From: a virus
Lineage: Duplodnaviria; Caudoviricetes
Length of the DNA: 64,000 nt
Virus record (IMG/VR): IMGVR_UViG_3300037634_004069
Coordinates: 1-64,000 of that record
Reading direction: 5' to 3' (one strand)
The notes beneath the pieces were generated by a model. It was not told where the DNA came from. It searched no databases and saw only the letters and a list, made by a program, of their open reading frames with translations. Of this stretch, positions 38,294-49,800 are shown one piece after another (positions within the stretch are counted from its first letter, which is position 1; every line of letters starts with the position of its first letter). A program made the position numbers and the translations under genes.

Positions 38294-41200
38294 AAAAAAA
38301 GAAACGACTCTTACAAATGTATCGTAATGGTACTGATCCTAGAACAACCACTGCACCTGCATCTACTTCAGCAACTAATATTCCACCTATAAACGTAGAA
38401 AATATTATAGCTCAAGATGCAGTTATGAAGCAAAGAGCAGCAAATAATGCAGACGTACAAAGGTTAATACAATCTGGAGTAATTAAACCTCAAGTACAAC
38501 AAAACCCTGGAACAATAGATTATCGTGCGTCTGATAGAAGGTCTGCTAACTATGTTGGTAATCCTAACTTAGGGTTTTTAGGTAATAGAGTAGGGGAGTC
38601 TCCAGCATTTAGACGTAGTAGAGAGGATGCTTTTAATACAGAGACTGCAGCAGAATTAATATTTGCAGGTGCAGCAGGTATAGCTACAGGTATAAGAACC
38701 GCTAAAGCTGCAAAAACTGCTGCTGCATATAAACAAGAGTTAAGCCAATTTGTAGATCCTAAAATTCTAGATGCTTTAGAAAATGAAGGTAAAAACTTAA
38801 AAGACTTAGGAGTAAGCGACTTTACTAAAAAGCATGATCAAATGGTAGCTGATGTTTATGGTGAACACGGTCCATCTATAATTAGTGATGCTCAAAAACA
38901 TTTTTTAGAGACAGGTCAAAAACAACCTATAGCTAGCGCTTATAGTATGCCAGATGCCAGTTTACAAGAAGTATTAGATGCTAGAGACATGGCTCAATGG
39001 AAAGCAGCAGGCAAAGAAGGATTAACAGATGAAATGGCAAGCACATATGCTGAAAGGCAACTAGGAAAACAATTTTCAGAAGAAAGGCTTGCTAGAGAAG
39101 TAGCAAAGAATGAAGCTAATTTAGCAGATTATCAAAGACGAGTAGCTGCATTAGATCCTAAAGGACCCGTTCAAGTTAGTGAAGGTGTATTTAGACCTTT
39201 TAAAGTTGATAAAATTCCTAGGTCAGAAAGAATAGACCCTTGGAATCCAGACTTGGGAGAATTATCTGGGAGTCCTGCACATCAAATTCAAGTAGAGCAA
39301 GCAATTAATAGGAACCGATTAATTAGAAAAGCTGAAGATAAAATAGCAGGTAGCGGCGAAGCTATGGGGTTAGACATCCCATTAAATAGTTCTATTGATG
39401 CAGGAGAAGAAGCTTTAAGAGGTTATACAGATCCTAAAGCAGATCTATTACATGATATATTTGGTGATGGTACAAAAAAAAGACCATCTTTTGATTTTAG
39501 AAGTAAAGATTATATATATGATCCTGCAAAAACATTCCCAGTAAGTTTAAATAAATACGGGGGAACTCGAGAAGATGGTCTACCTAAATATAAGTATGGA
39601 TCTGAACCAGATCCTTATACAACCTGGGCACCAGATTTGGGAGAAGATGCAGGCCAAGGCATTAAAGCAGGTGATACGGGAAATAACAAATGGATGAAAA
39701 ATGCTGGAAATGCAGCTTTAGCTGTAGGAACATCTATAATTTCAAGTTTTACAGACAGTAAAGCTGAAATGGAAGCTTTTCAGAAAGCAAAAAGAGGGAA
39801 TTTTAATTACAACCTTTTTAATGCAAAAAGACAAGCAGATATGTTAGATGATTCAAGGTATCGTAGTGATTATACATATGGTACTCCTACATATAAAATG
39901 GGAGGTGAATTACCAAAGTATCAAATAGGAGGGCAAGATTATTCTGGACAATGGAATACGACTGTTCAAGAAGAAAACCCTTACACTTATACTCCAGAAG
40001 TTAATAATATTAGCAGTCCTCAACTTCAATCTGAACAAATAGCAGAAGGTGTTGATCAGACTGTAGAAGTCGGGTTAGCTCAGGCTATTCCTGCACTAGG
40101 TGCGGCTTTTATGGCAAGAGACGTAATTCAACAAGATATCCTAGGCCAAAAATCTGGTAGATTAAAAGATGGTGAAGAAGTAAAGTATTATGCTACAAAA
40201 GAGGATGCAGCTAAGGGTTCTATAACAACAGCGCATCATACCCAAGCGATTGATCATGCAAAAAAAGGAGACTGGGGTAGAGCAACATTAACTCTGTTTG
40301 GGGGCCCTATTGGAATAATCGCTGATGCAGTAGACAACGTGAATAAATCAGAAAAGTATAATCAAGAACAAAAACAACTCGCAAGAGAAAGAGCAACTTC
40401 ACAAGGTGGAACATCAGATAAAAACTTTATGGGGCATAATCAACAATCTCTTAGAAGTGTTGAAGGCGAAATTGCAACTCCAAGAGGGTTTCAAGAAAAG
40501 GCTGCATACGATATGAGTATGGCAAAATATGGAGGAACTATGAAAGACTTATACAGAAAAGGTGGGTATTTACCTAGATATAGATATGGAGGAATGATGG
40601 CAACAGGAGGCGTTTCTCGAAACAAAGCCAATGCAGAACTTGAAAAAGATGAAATCATTATGCGAGACGGTGGACCAGATGAACTTGTTGTAGGAGCTAC
40701 ACATGAAAAAGGTGGTGTACCAGAAGTCTTAAATGAAGGAGATTATGTATGGTCTGATCATCTTACTTATAAAGGAAGATCAATGGCTCAACTATATGCA
40801 ACAGCTGTAAAAAACGGTGCTACTCCACAAGAGATAGATCAACTTAAAATGCTTCAAGAAAAACTAGCAGGACGTGCTGGAAGTGCTCAACAGGCAAAAG
40901 ATATGATGGCACCTCCTCCTGTACTTGTGGGAAAATACGGAGGGTCTCTTCCTAAATATAAAAGAGGAACAGGAGAGTTATCTGGGTTTAAACGTTGGAC
41001 AAATTCAGGTGGACATTTACCATATATACAAGCAGCAGCAGGTATAGCAGGAGCTATCACTGCGGCTACGACAAAAAGAGATGATGTTGAAATTAGAAAA
41101 CCTGTAGTAGTAGAAGCAGATACAATTAGCAATGATCGTTTTAATCCTAGAGCATACTTAGAAGAAAACCAAAGAAACTATATAAAAAGGTTTGAAGCTG

Positions 41201-41691
41201 CTCAACAAAAAGGTTATGGTACAGGACTTGAAGCTTCTGCACAACTAGCATATAATGATAAAGTAGCTGCAGATAATAAAGTACAAGCAGAGGCAAATAA
41301 AATTAATTTGGCTGCATCTATTAATGAGAATACTGAAAACGCTAAAAATGAACTTGAGGCAAATAAAACAAATGCAGCTGCTTGGGAAAGGTATAACGTA
41401 AGACTTGAAGAAGAGGATAGAGCACAAGATGAATTTAAAAGACAGCGTACACAAGCTATAATAGACCCTCTAGTTACAGAAACAAGAAATATAGTTCAGA
41501 CAGATCTAGGTATGCGAGAAATAGGAGCTATTGGAGAGGGTGCCGGAACTAATGAAAGAGGCGCTGGATTTAGTGAAGTTTTGGCTAGACAGCAAATAAA
41601 AGCTGCAAATCCTACTATCTCAGATGAGGATTTAAAGAAAGCGGTAAATAAAGCTGAAGCAGATTATAATGAAAAGCACGGACTTGGATAA
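38290..41691 (+). CDS. Cargo (ejection) protein with TM-like Gly/Ala helices and four GG tags
   Basis: First large gene after the muzzle. NAELEKDE...GATHEKGGV...DYVWSDHL motif; hydrophobic helices; tags at 39559, 39901, 40561 and 40939. Confidence 0.65.
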   Translation: MKKKKRLLQMYRNGTDPRTTTAPASTSATNIPPINVENIIAQDAVMKQRAANNADVQRLIQSGVIKPQVQQNPGTIDYRASDRRSANYVGNPNLGFLGNRVGESPAFRRSREDAFNTETAAELIFAGAAGIATGIRTAKAAKTAAAYKQELSQFVDPKILDALENEGKNLKDLGVSDFTKKHDQMVADVYGEHGPSIISDAQKHFLETGQKQPIASAYSMPDASLQEVLDARDMAQWKAAGKEGLTDEMASTYAERQLGKQFSEERLAREVAKNEANLADYQRRVAALDPKGPVQVSEGVFRPFKVDKIPRSERIDPWNPDLGELSGSPAHQIQVEQAINRNRLIRKAEDKIAGSGEAMGLDIPLNSSIDAGEEALRGYTDPKADLLHDIFGDGTKKRPSFDFRSKDYIYDPAKTFPVSLNKYGGTREDGLPKYKYGSEPDPYTTWAPDLGEDAGQGIKAGDTGNNKWMKNAGNAALAVGTSIISSFTDSKAEMEAFQKAKRGNFNYNLFNAKRQADMLDDSRYRSDYTYGTPTYKMGGELPKYQIGGQDYSGQWNTTVQEENPYTYTPEVNNISSPQLQSEQIAEGVDQTVEVGLAQAIPALGAAFMARDVIQQDILGQKSGRLKDGEEVKYYATKEDAAKGSITTAHHTQAIDHAKKGDWGRATLTLFGGPIGIIADAVDNVNKSEKYNQEQKQLARERATSQGGTSDKNFMGHNQQSLRSVEGEIATPRGFQEKAAYDMSMAKYGGTMKDLYRKGGYLPRYRYGGMMATGGVSRNKANAELEKDEIIMRDGGPDELVVGATHEKGGVPEVLNEGDYVWSDHLTYKGRSMAQLYATAVKNGATPQEIDQLKMLQEKLAGRAGSAQQAKDMMAPPPVLVGKYGGSLPKYKRGTGELSGFKRWTNSGGHLPYIQAAAGIAGAITAATTKRDDVEIRKPVVVEADTISNDRFNPRAYLEENQRNYIKRFEAAQQKGYGTGLEASAQLAYNDKVAADNKVQAEANKINLAASINENTENAKNELEANKTNAAAWERYNVRLEEEDRAQDEFKRQRTQAIIDPLVTETRNIVQTDLGMREIGAIGEGAGTNERGAGFSEVLARQQIKAANPTISDEDLKKAVNKAEADYNEKHGLG
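39559..40968 (+). repeat. Dispersed GG-x-LP[KR]Y-x-x-G tag (four copies)
   Basis: 39559-39600 GGTREDGLPKYKYG, 39901-39933 GGELPKYQIGG, 40561-40593 GGYLPRYRYGG, 40939-40968 GGSLPKYKRG. Confidence 0.85.
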
Positions 41692-41700
41692 ATAGAACTT

Positions 41701-43785
41701 ATGGCAGAGCAATACGATTTTTTTAAACCTTATGAGGGTATGGATTTTGATCTTACCCCTTTAAAGAATGCGGCCACTCTTAGAAGAGATAGGTACGATG
41801 CTAATCAGCAGAAATACTATGATCAAAAAAATCTTTTAGATAGTATAAGAGTAGGCCCAGGAGATGAGTATTTAAAATATAATGCTCAACAAGACATAGA
41901 GGATATGTTCCAAGGGAATCTTAGTTTTGAATCATTAGATGATACTATATTTCAAATGAGTAACAGAATAGCAGGAGATACTAATCTTGCGGGTGCTCTA
42001 GAAAATGCTGCTATTTATAAAAAAATGAAGGCTGATAAAGCTACTTCTCGTGCAAATCAAAAACCAGTAATAGATTATAATGAAAAGATTGCTAGAGATC
42101 CTATTACAAATGAAATAATTACAAAAACACTTCCTGATGGTCGTATAGTACCTGAAACAGAACACCTTTTTGATACATGGTCCTATGAGCATCAAGGAAC
42201 TATAGTACCTAATGTGGTACCTATAATGGATTACGGTGCAAAGATGCAAGCTCTTATGGCTAATATTGAATCTAATCCTGTATTACTACAAAAAGTAAGG
42301 CAATTACCAGGATTAAGCGGTGCAACTTTAGCTGATATTAAAATGTATTTAATGGAAGGAGATGCTGTATCAGATGAAAAAGTTGCATTAGTTGCAGGGG
42401 CAATTAAAGATGTATACTTAAACACTCCAGAGGGTATGCAGCATATGGATCTTCTTACAGAGCGTACTCTTTTTCCAGGAACTAATGAGTTATATACAAC
42501 TGATATGGCTGAAGCTGAGATTGAAAGATTACTTGCACAATCAGCAGCACCTCAGATAGGAGAAAAGCTTAATTATATTTCTAACACAAAAAGAGTTATT
42601 GACGCTAAAAAAGATCCACCACCTCCACCTTCAGCTCCACCTTTAGAAAGAGATTGGGGATTTGTACCATCTGATATACAATTAGCTGTAGGAGATAAGT
42701 TTGAGTTCTTAGATGACATGTTTGATACAAAAGGAGCATCAACTAATATATATAAAATTGAACACCCAACCGCTGGAAAAGTTGGAGCATGGACAGAAAC
42801 AAAAAATATTACAGATGCTGATAAAATAAGAATAGATAAACTTCTTAAAGATGCAGGAGGCATTGGTAATCTATCTAAAGGTGAAATAAGTAGAAATAAA
42901 AGTCTTATAACTAGTTGGATGCTGACACAGCCTACAAGGACAGCACCTGCTTTTGCAGGTATGACCGATAGAGAGTATGCAGAAGCTTACTGGCAAGCTT
43001 TACGAAGTTCTCCTGGAGACCTTACATATGCATTTAATACTGCTCAAGAAGAATTGATGCTTAATAAAGTAGGAAAAGAGGTTTTTGCAGGCCCTGTAAC
43101 TTACAAGGGTAAAAGATATGATTTAGGAAAACCTAACGAAGTAGATGCATTGGCTCATGCTATAGATGAGGAGAGGACGACGCCGTTTCATGGAGAAGGT
43201 GATATAAAGACAGAAATAATGGCTATGCTTACCTCTGGAAAATACAATGATGGGACAAACGATTTTATACCTAACTATACTTTTAATAAAGCTGGTAAAG
43301 ACGCAGGAGCATTTAGAATAGATTTACCAATACCAAAAGAAGGAAATCACACTTTATACGCTGCGCCTTATGTGCAGCAAACTAAAGGGTTTGCTGTTGT
43401 ACAAAGTATTTACAAACAACTTCTAAGTAAAGATCTTCAAGCAAGTGGAGGTACAGAATTAACTGGTCCAGATGCAGCTGAGTTTTTAAATATTTTAGTA
43501 GGAATAGATCCTGCAAAGGCTCCTAAGAGTTATTGGGTTAGAAATAAAATGATGCGAGCATGTGATGCATGTGAGTATCAAATTGTACCAGCTCTTACAG
43601 ACGAGGATGGAAAAGTAATTTCAATTTCTGATGGTGCAGGAAACACTAGAAGACTTGAAGGAATGTTTTGGGTAGATTTCTTATCTAAATCAGCAACTTA
43701 TAATATGGTAAATGCTAATAGAGGTACTATTTTAGGGGTATTGTTTGATGAACAAAAGCCAGTAAGAAGTACAATATTTAATTAA
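41701..43785 (+). CDS. Probable cargo / internal virion protein (694 aa)
   Basis: Helical N-terminus; lies between the cargo gene and the vRNAP gene. No catalytic motif recognised. Confidence 0.6.
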   Translation: MAEQYDFFKPYEGMDFDLTPLKNAATLRRDRYDANQQKYYDQKNLLDSIRVGPGDEYLKYNAQQDIEDMFQGNLSFESLDDTIFQMSNRIAGDTNLAGALENAAIYKKMKADKATSRANQKPVIDYNEKIARDPITNEIITKTLPDGRIVPETEHLFDTWSYEHQGTIVPNVVPIMDYGAKMQALMANIESNPVLLQKVRQLPGLSGATLADIKMYLMEGDAVSDEKVALVAGAIKDVYLNTPEGMQHMDLLTERTLFPGTNELYTTDMAEAEIERLLAQSAAPQIGEKLNYISNTKRVIDAKKDPPPPPSAPPLERDWGFVPSDIQLAVGDKFEFLDDMFDTKGASTNIYKIEHPTAGKVGAWTETKNITDADKIRIDKLLKDAGGIGNLSKGEISRNKSLITSWMLTQPTRTAPAFAGMTDREYAEAYWQALRSSPGDLTYAFNTAQEELMLNKVGKEVFAGPVTYKGKRYDLGKPNEVDALAHAIDEERTTPFHGEGDIKTEIMAMLTSGKYNDGTNDFIPNYTFNKAGKDAGAFRIDLPIPKEGNHTLYAAPYVQQTKGFAVVQSIYKQLLSKDLQASGGTELTGPDAAEFLNILVGIDPAKAPKSYWVRNKMMRACDACEYQIVPALTDEDGKVISISDGAGNTRRLEGMFWVDFLSKSATYNMVNANRGTILGVLFDEQKPVRSTIFN

Positions 43786-43805
43786 AATCTTTAATTGCAA
43801 ATAGT

Positions 43806-46800
43806 ATGTCAGATAGCAATTCCGATAATATCTTGAATAATTTATATGCAGATGAGACATTTAATGACTCTGCATTACCTTATACAGACCCTGAAGAAGA
43901 GAATGGAACAGACCCTGTAATATCTAATTTATATTCAGAAGATGAGCTTGTTTTAGAACAAAATCCTTTAGATATTTTAAATATACAGTCTCAAGCAGAT
44001 GCAACTTCTCCTGTAGAAACCCCAATAATAAATGTACCTGAAGAATTTGGATCGTCTCAATATGATAAAAATGCTAGCCGAGCGTATCAACTTAATAACC
44101 TTGAAGAGTTAAGGGGTAGAAATCAAACCGGATGGGATAAGTTCGGAAACTTTGTACCAAGATTTATCGGGGGTGTAGGTACAAATGTAGTAGGAGGTCT
44201 AGGCGGTGTAGGTTATGGGATATTAAAAACTATGTACAAAGCAGCTGAAGCTCCTTTTACAGATAAAGACGATTCTGCAGCAGAAATAGTAAGAAACATT
44301 TGGGATAATGAACTCTTTGATGGATTAGATTATATTAATGAGGAATTATCTGAAAACCTTCCTTTCTATTACACACAACAAGAAAAAGAAGCAAGCCTGT
44401 TTGGTCAAATGGCCTATGGTAATTTCTGGGCAGATAAGTTTGCAAATGGGCTTACTTTTATTACAGGTGCGGTTTTAACTGAGCTTGCAGCAGTAGGTCT
44501 TGGTGGTCTTATAGGTAGTGTTGTACCAGGAGCAGGTACTGTAGCAGTAGGAGGCGCCGCAGCAGCAGGTAATGCAATGCGTTTAACACGTCAAGCAACT
44601 AAGATATTTAAAAATATAGGGAGGGCAACTGTACCTAGAAAAGTAATAGAGGCAGGAAAAAAAGTTGCTCAAAGTAGAAAGACTCTTGATGCTTTAAAAA
44701 TAGGGAGACAGATGATGACTGGTGCGGGGTACGAGGCATCTATTGAAGCTAAACACGGATACGATGTAGCTTTAAATACTCTATTAACAGAAAACTTTGG
44801 AGATAGAATAGCTTTAGGGGAGCAAGAGGCTGGAAGAGCTTTAACTATAGAGGAAAAAGGAAATCTTTTAACTCCTCAAGAAAGAGCAGAGATATTTGAA
44901 ACTGCCGCTTCTATATCAAACTTCCAATTTGCAGGTAACTTGCTTCTTGTAGGAGTGGGTAATATGATAACCTTACCGGGGCTTTACGGAGCTGGAGTAA
45001 TGAGTCGTATGAATAAATCTGCAGCAAAAAGTAGCTTATATACAAAAGCTAAGGATGCCCTTGGATTTTCTGGAGTACCTAAAAGAGATGTACTTCATAA
45101 AGCTTTAGGTAAAGCAGGACTTGGAGATAAAGGTATTACAATTACTAGAGGACTTGGATCTTGGCTAAAAAGATCTCTTTATGAAGGTTTTGTAGAAGAA
45201 GGTGGTCAGGGAGTAATGGCTCGAGCATCAGAAGACTACGCTCTTAGAAGTCGTATGGGAGATAATGGTACTTTACAACTTATAGGGGAGTGGCATGATG
45301 CTTTTGCTAGAGGTTTTGATGAGTCTTATGGTTCTAAAGAGGGTCAAACAGAAATTCTTATAGGTGCTTTAGCAGCTGCACTTGGTATGCCTGGTCAAGG
45401 AGGTAAAGCAGGATGGTACAAAGGTATAGCGTGGACAGGAGATCTTGCATCTCAATCTACTAAGATGGAAGGTATTCAAGAGTTTGAAGCTGTAAATAAA
45501 AAGTTTGCAGATGAATACGCAAGAATAAAAAAGGCAAATCCTTCTCTTGGAGCTAAAATGGAGCAAACTGCATGGATGATGATGCAGGTAGCTAAAACTA
45601 AAGAAGGTCTTGATACAGCAATTGAAAACGGAGATGTAAAAAAAGCTAAAGATTTTGAGTACGACAAGTTCTGGGAGTCTGTAATGCTAGCTATAGATAG
45701 TAATGATTTTGAATCTTTAGAAACTAAGATCGAGACGGACTTATCAGAGATATCTGATGAAGCTTTGAAAGAGATGTATAGCTATGAAGATGATATGACA
45801 AAAGAAGCTCTTGCTGAAAGGAGAGCATACTTAGCTACCACTATTAAACAAAAGCTTAAAACAATAAAAGAAAGCCAAGAGCTTGTAGATTCAGGGTTAA
45901 GATTAAATGATATGGATAAGGTTATAGGGCTTGGTAAACCAGGTTCTATGGCGGCTGTTCGTAGAGAGCTTATACACTATGCTTCTAAGATGGACGAGAA
46001 TGTTCGTAGAGAAGAGGCTATGATATCAAAACTTGCAGAAATTACTGGAGGTAAAGTGGTATCTATAAGTAATGAAATAAGCAGTATTGAATACCAAAAC
46101 ACTGACGGTACTAAAAGAGTACTTCAGATAGGTGCTATGAATGTAGGTAGCACTGTATTTGAACACATAGTTGAGTCTAGAAGAAGAATTGAAGACTTAG
46201 AGGCCAAAGGAGGAAGTCGTACACAAGTAGAAAACGAGCAACTAAAAGACCTTAAAAACTACATAACAGAGCTTGAAAAAATAGAAGACCAGTCTAAACC
46301 GGTATACAATCTTTTACAGGAAGCAGGCAGCGTAACTAATGATGAGCAAGTAGCTGCTTGGGAAAAAGAATTTCCAGAACAATCTGCTAAACACAAAAAA
46401 GAAGTTCATAAAATGATGAAAGATATCCGTGCACTTAGGGCGGATAGAATTGACTTCGCTCAAAAGTATCAAATGCTTATAGACCCTTCTTTAAGAGAAA
46501 AGTACAATAAGCAGATGGAAGCTTCTGCAAATGATCTTAAAAAGAAGATAAAGCAAGAAACAGAGAAGTTTGAGAAAGAACAAACTAAATCTGAAAAGAG
46601 AGTAAAGAAATTTAAAAAGGTAATTGACTATTATAAGCATGAGCTTCTAGAGAGAATGCAAGAGCTAAATGATGAGCTTACTACAAAACAAGAAAGCCTT
46701 CAAGAAGCTATTGAGATTTTAACAGGTATGAAATCTTATGTAGAAAAGCTTAAGAAAAAACCTCACCAAAAAAAGTTTAAATACAACAACAAGTTCATTA

Positions 46801-49800
46801 CAAGAGATCAGCTAATTAAAGAAATAGCAACAGCAAAAGAGCTTGTAGATACGGCAGAGAAAGAGTACACCACATTTGTAAAGGTGACTTATCCTGAACA
46901 GCACAGGACAATACATGAGAATATTCAGATTCTAGACATGTTCATGAAAAATGAGCTTGATCCAGATATGATGCCTCATGAGTTTGAAGAAATCCATGAA
47001 GTTCTTTTGAGAAGAGCAGAAAAAGAAGGGTTTACAGCAACGGACTTTGGTGTGCAGTCAGTAGCTGCAAATCTTATTAAAGACCATGAAAAGTCTATAG
47101 AGGATCTTGAAGCTTATAAGAAAGACCTTAAAGCTCATATAGGCGCTCTTAAAAGGGTAATAAATATTGCAGAGAGTATTGTAGAGGCCAATCCTGGTGT
47201 AGAAGTATTTGATGTAGAGGGTAAATGGAAAGATAAATCCTCTCAAGTAAATAAAGTACCTGTTGAAGCTATTCAAATGGCAATAGACAAACAGGTTGCA
47301 GAACTCAAAGAAGTAAATAAAGATATAAAAGAGCTCAAAAAGAATATAAAAGATGTCCAAAAAACCTACTCTGGATTAAGGCAGATACAGGTGTTTAGGG
47401 ATCTTTTACGTAGGGTTCCTCTTGCTAAAGAATGGAAGAAAAGAGAAGAGATAGATTATGACTCTTTAGAAAATGATTTTACTTCTATGGAGAAAGAGGA
47501 TGACTTATATAAGCCAGATATTTCTATGCCTGGCTTACATAAAACATCAGGAGCTCATATAGGATTTAAAATAGACCAAACTGTCTATGAAAAAAGTTTA
47601 GAGATCTATCAAAGATTAACAGAGTTACAAGAAAAGAAAAAGAAAAAAGGTAAAGAGCTTAATAAAAAGCAACTTAATGAGCTTAAGACCGCTACTAGCC
47701 AACTCAATTGGTTTCAGTATATACAAAAAGACAATAAGAATATACTAGGAAGAACTACAGATAAAAAAGACAATAATATAAGTTCGAAATATTTTCTAGC
47801 ATTTATATCTGAAGACACAGTTGTACCTGAAGATGTTGCCAAAGACTTAGAGGGTACATGGTATCACCAGAATAATAAGGATGCTAAGTACAAGGATATA
47901 AAAGTAGCTCTTGTAAGAAAAGTTATAAATAAAACAACTGGTAGAACATCAATACAGTTTGTAAGAGACGGGGAGACAAAAGGAGTAGTCTTTACTTCTA
48001 TTGAAGATCCAACTGTAAAAAATAAAAGAGGGGAGAGCAAGTTCACAAACAAGAAAGATAACCTTTCTAAAAGTGAAATAGAGGACATACAAAGAGATTA
48101 TAATGATAACATAAGGAAAAAAGTAAATAGTACAAATTCACTTATGATAGCTCCAATAACTGGTAAATCTCCTGGTACTATACTCCTTGATAGAGGTGAA
48201 GTAAACTATGCCTCTGACACTATAATGAGTACTAATCTTGAAAATGTAAAAATAGCAATAGGAAAAGTAATTAAGAATGAAGACCCAGAAGCAGAAGGAG
48301 AGTATAAATATGATACTATTAAGTTTGTTAAGAATGCAAACTCTGTTATGGTACGTCCTGGTCAAATAGTTGCTTATGACCACGTTAGGCACATGCCTAT
48401 ATTTATGAGGAGATCAGAGCTAGGAGAAGAAAGGGCTATTCAAGTACAAAGACTTTTTAGGGTATTACTAAAAGAATTTGCTGCAGCTAAAGAAAGTGGT
48501 AAGTCTAATATAGAGGCTTTAAAACAAGCAGAAAGATTCTCTCTTGAATACGGTGGAGAGAGTATAACGCTAAGGGCTCAGATTAGATCTATGGTGCATA
48601 TTTTAAATGCCGAAGATTCTAAATTTCGATTAGCTTACAGGCTAAAAGATAATGACCTTGTAATTTACTTCAAAGAAATGGATGAGTATGCCACTCTTGA
48701 AGATATAGAGGACAATACTGAAAAAGGAGAAGAGCTTTTAGAGTTTCTTAAAACTAAAAGACATAATGTTCGAGGAACCCTTTTAGAAAATAGTGTTAAA
48801 AGAGTAGAGTTTAGTGGGAAAAACAAGAGAACTAACAAACCATATAGTGCTAAAGGAGAGAAGTATGTAAATAACGCCAAATCAAAATACATAAACGTAG
48901 TACTTAATAAGGATTTAACGGTTTCTCAATCTAAATCTACAGAGCATGCTAATTACAATCACTTCTTACTTAGTAAAAACACATCCGGAGAGGCTCCTTT
49001 ATACACAGAAGCTAGACCTTTAAAAGAAGTTTCTTTTACAAACCCTAGAGCAGGGGGAGGGTATCTTGTGTATGGCAAAACTCTTATGTCCACTGCAAAA
49101 TTTGATATAGAAGATCAAGCTGCTCCTGGCGGAAAAGCTGTTTTTTCAAATATAGAGGGTGAAGATGAGTTTGATCCTGATGATTTTAGCGACGATGTAG
49201 GAGGAGATCCTACTGCAGGAAGTTCTTCTGAGTTAGAAGCTTTAGAAAACGCATTAGGGCTTGACCCAGAGGTTGAAGATGATGTTGTTCCAACAGGGGA
49301 TCCAGAAGTAGATCCAACAGGAGACCCAGAGGATTTGCCTCCAGGGCTAGCAGACGCACCTTATATAAAACAGGATGACTTAGAAAGTATTAAAGCTAAG
49401 AAAGCAGCTAAGAAAAAAGCTAAGAAAGAAGCTGAAGAAGCAGCTAAAAAAGAAGCAGAAATTGATCCTAGTTCGGAGGTAGAAGGACTTTTTGAAGGTC
49501 TTTCTGGTACAGGTACTCTAGAGACAACTCATAAGGGGTTGGGATACACTGACACATTTAAAGCAGAAGATATTTGGGCAGAAGATCAAGATGGAATTTA
49601 TAAAGTAACTGTTGGGGGAGGAGATTCTTTGGGGTATTATAACCCATCAGATGGAAGCTTTAAAACTAGTTCTAGCTTTGATTTTGATTCTGACACCCTT
49701 GTATCATGGATGGATAAAACAATAGATGAAGCTGAAGAAGATGAAGCACCTTTTATGCTTGAATCTCAAACTAAAGCATTAGAAGAACTTCTTTCAAGTT

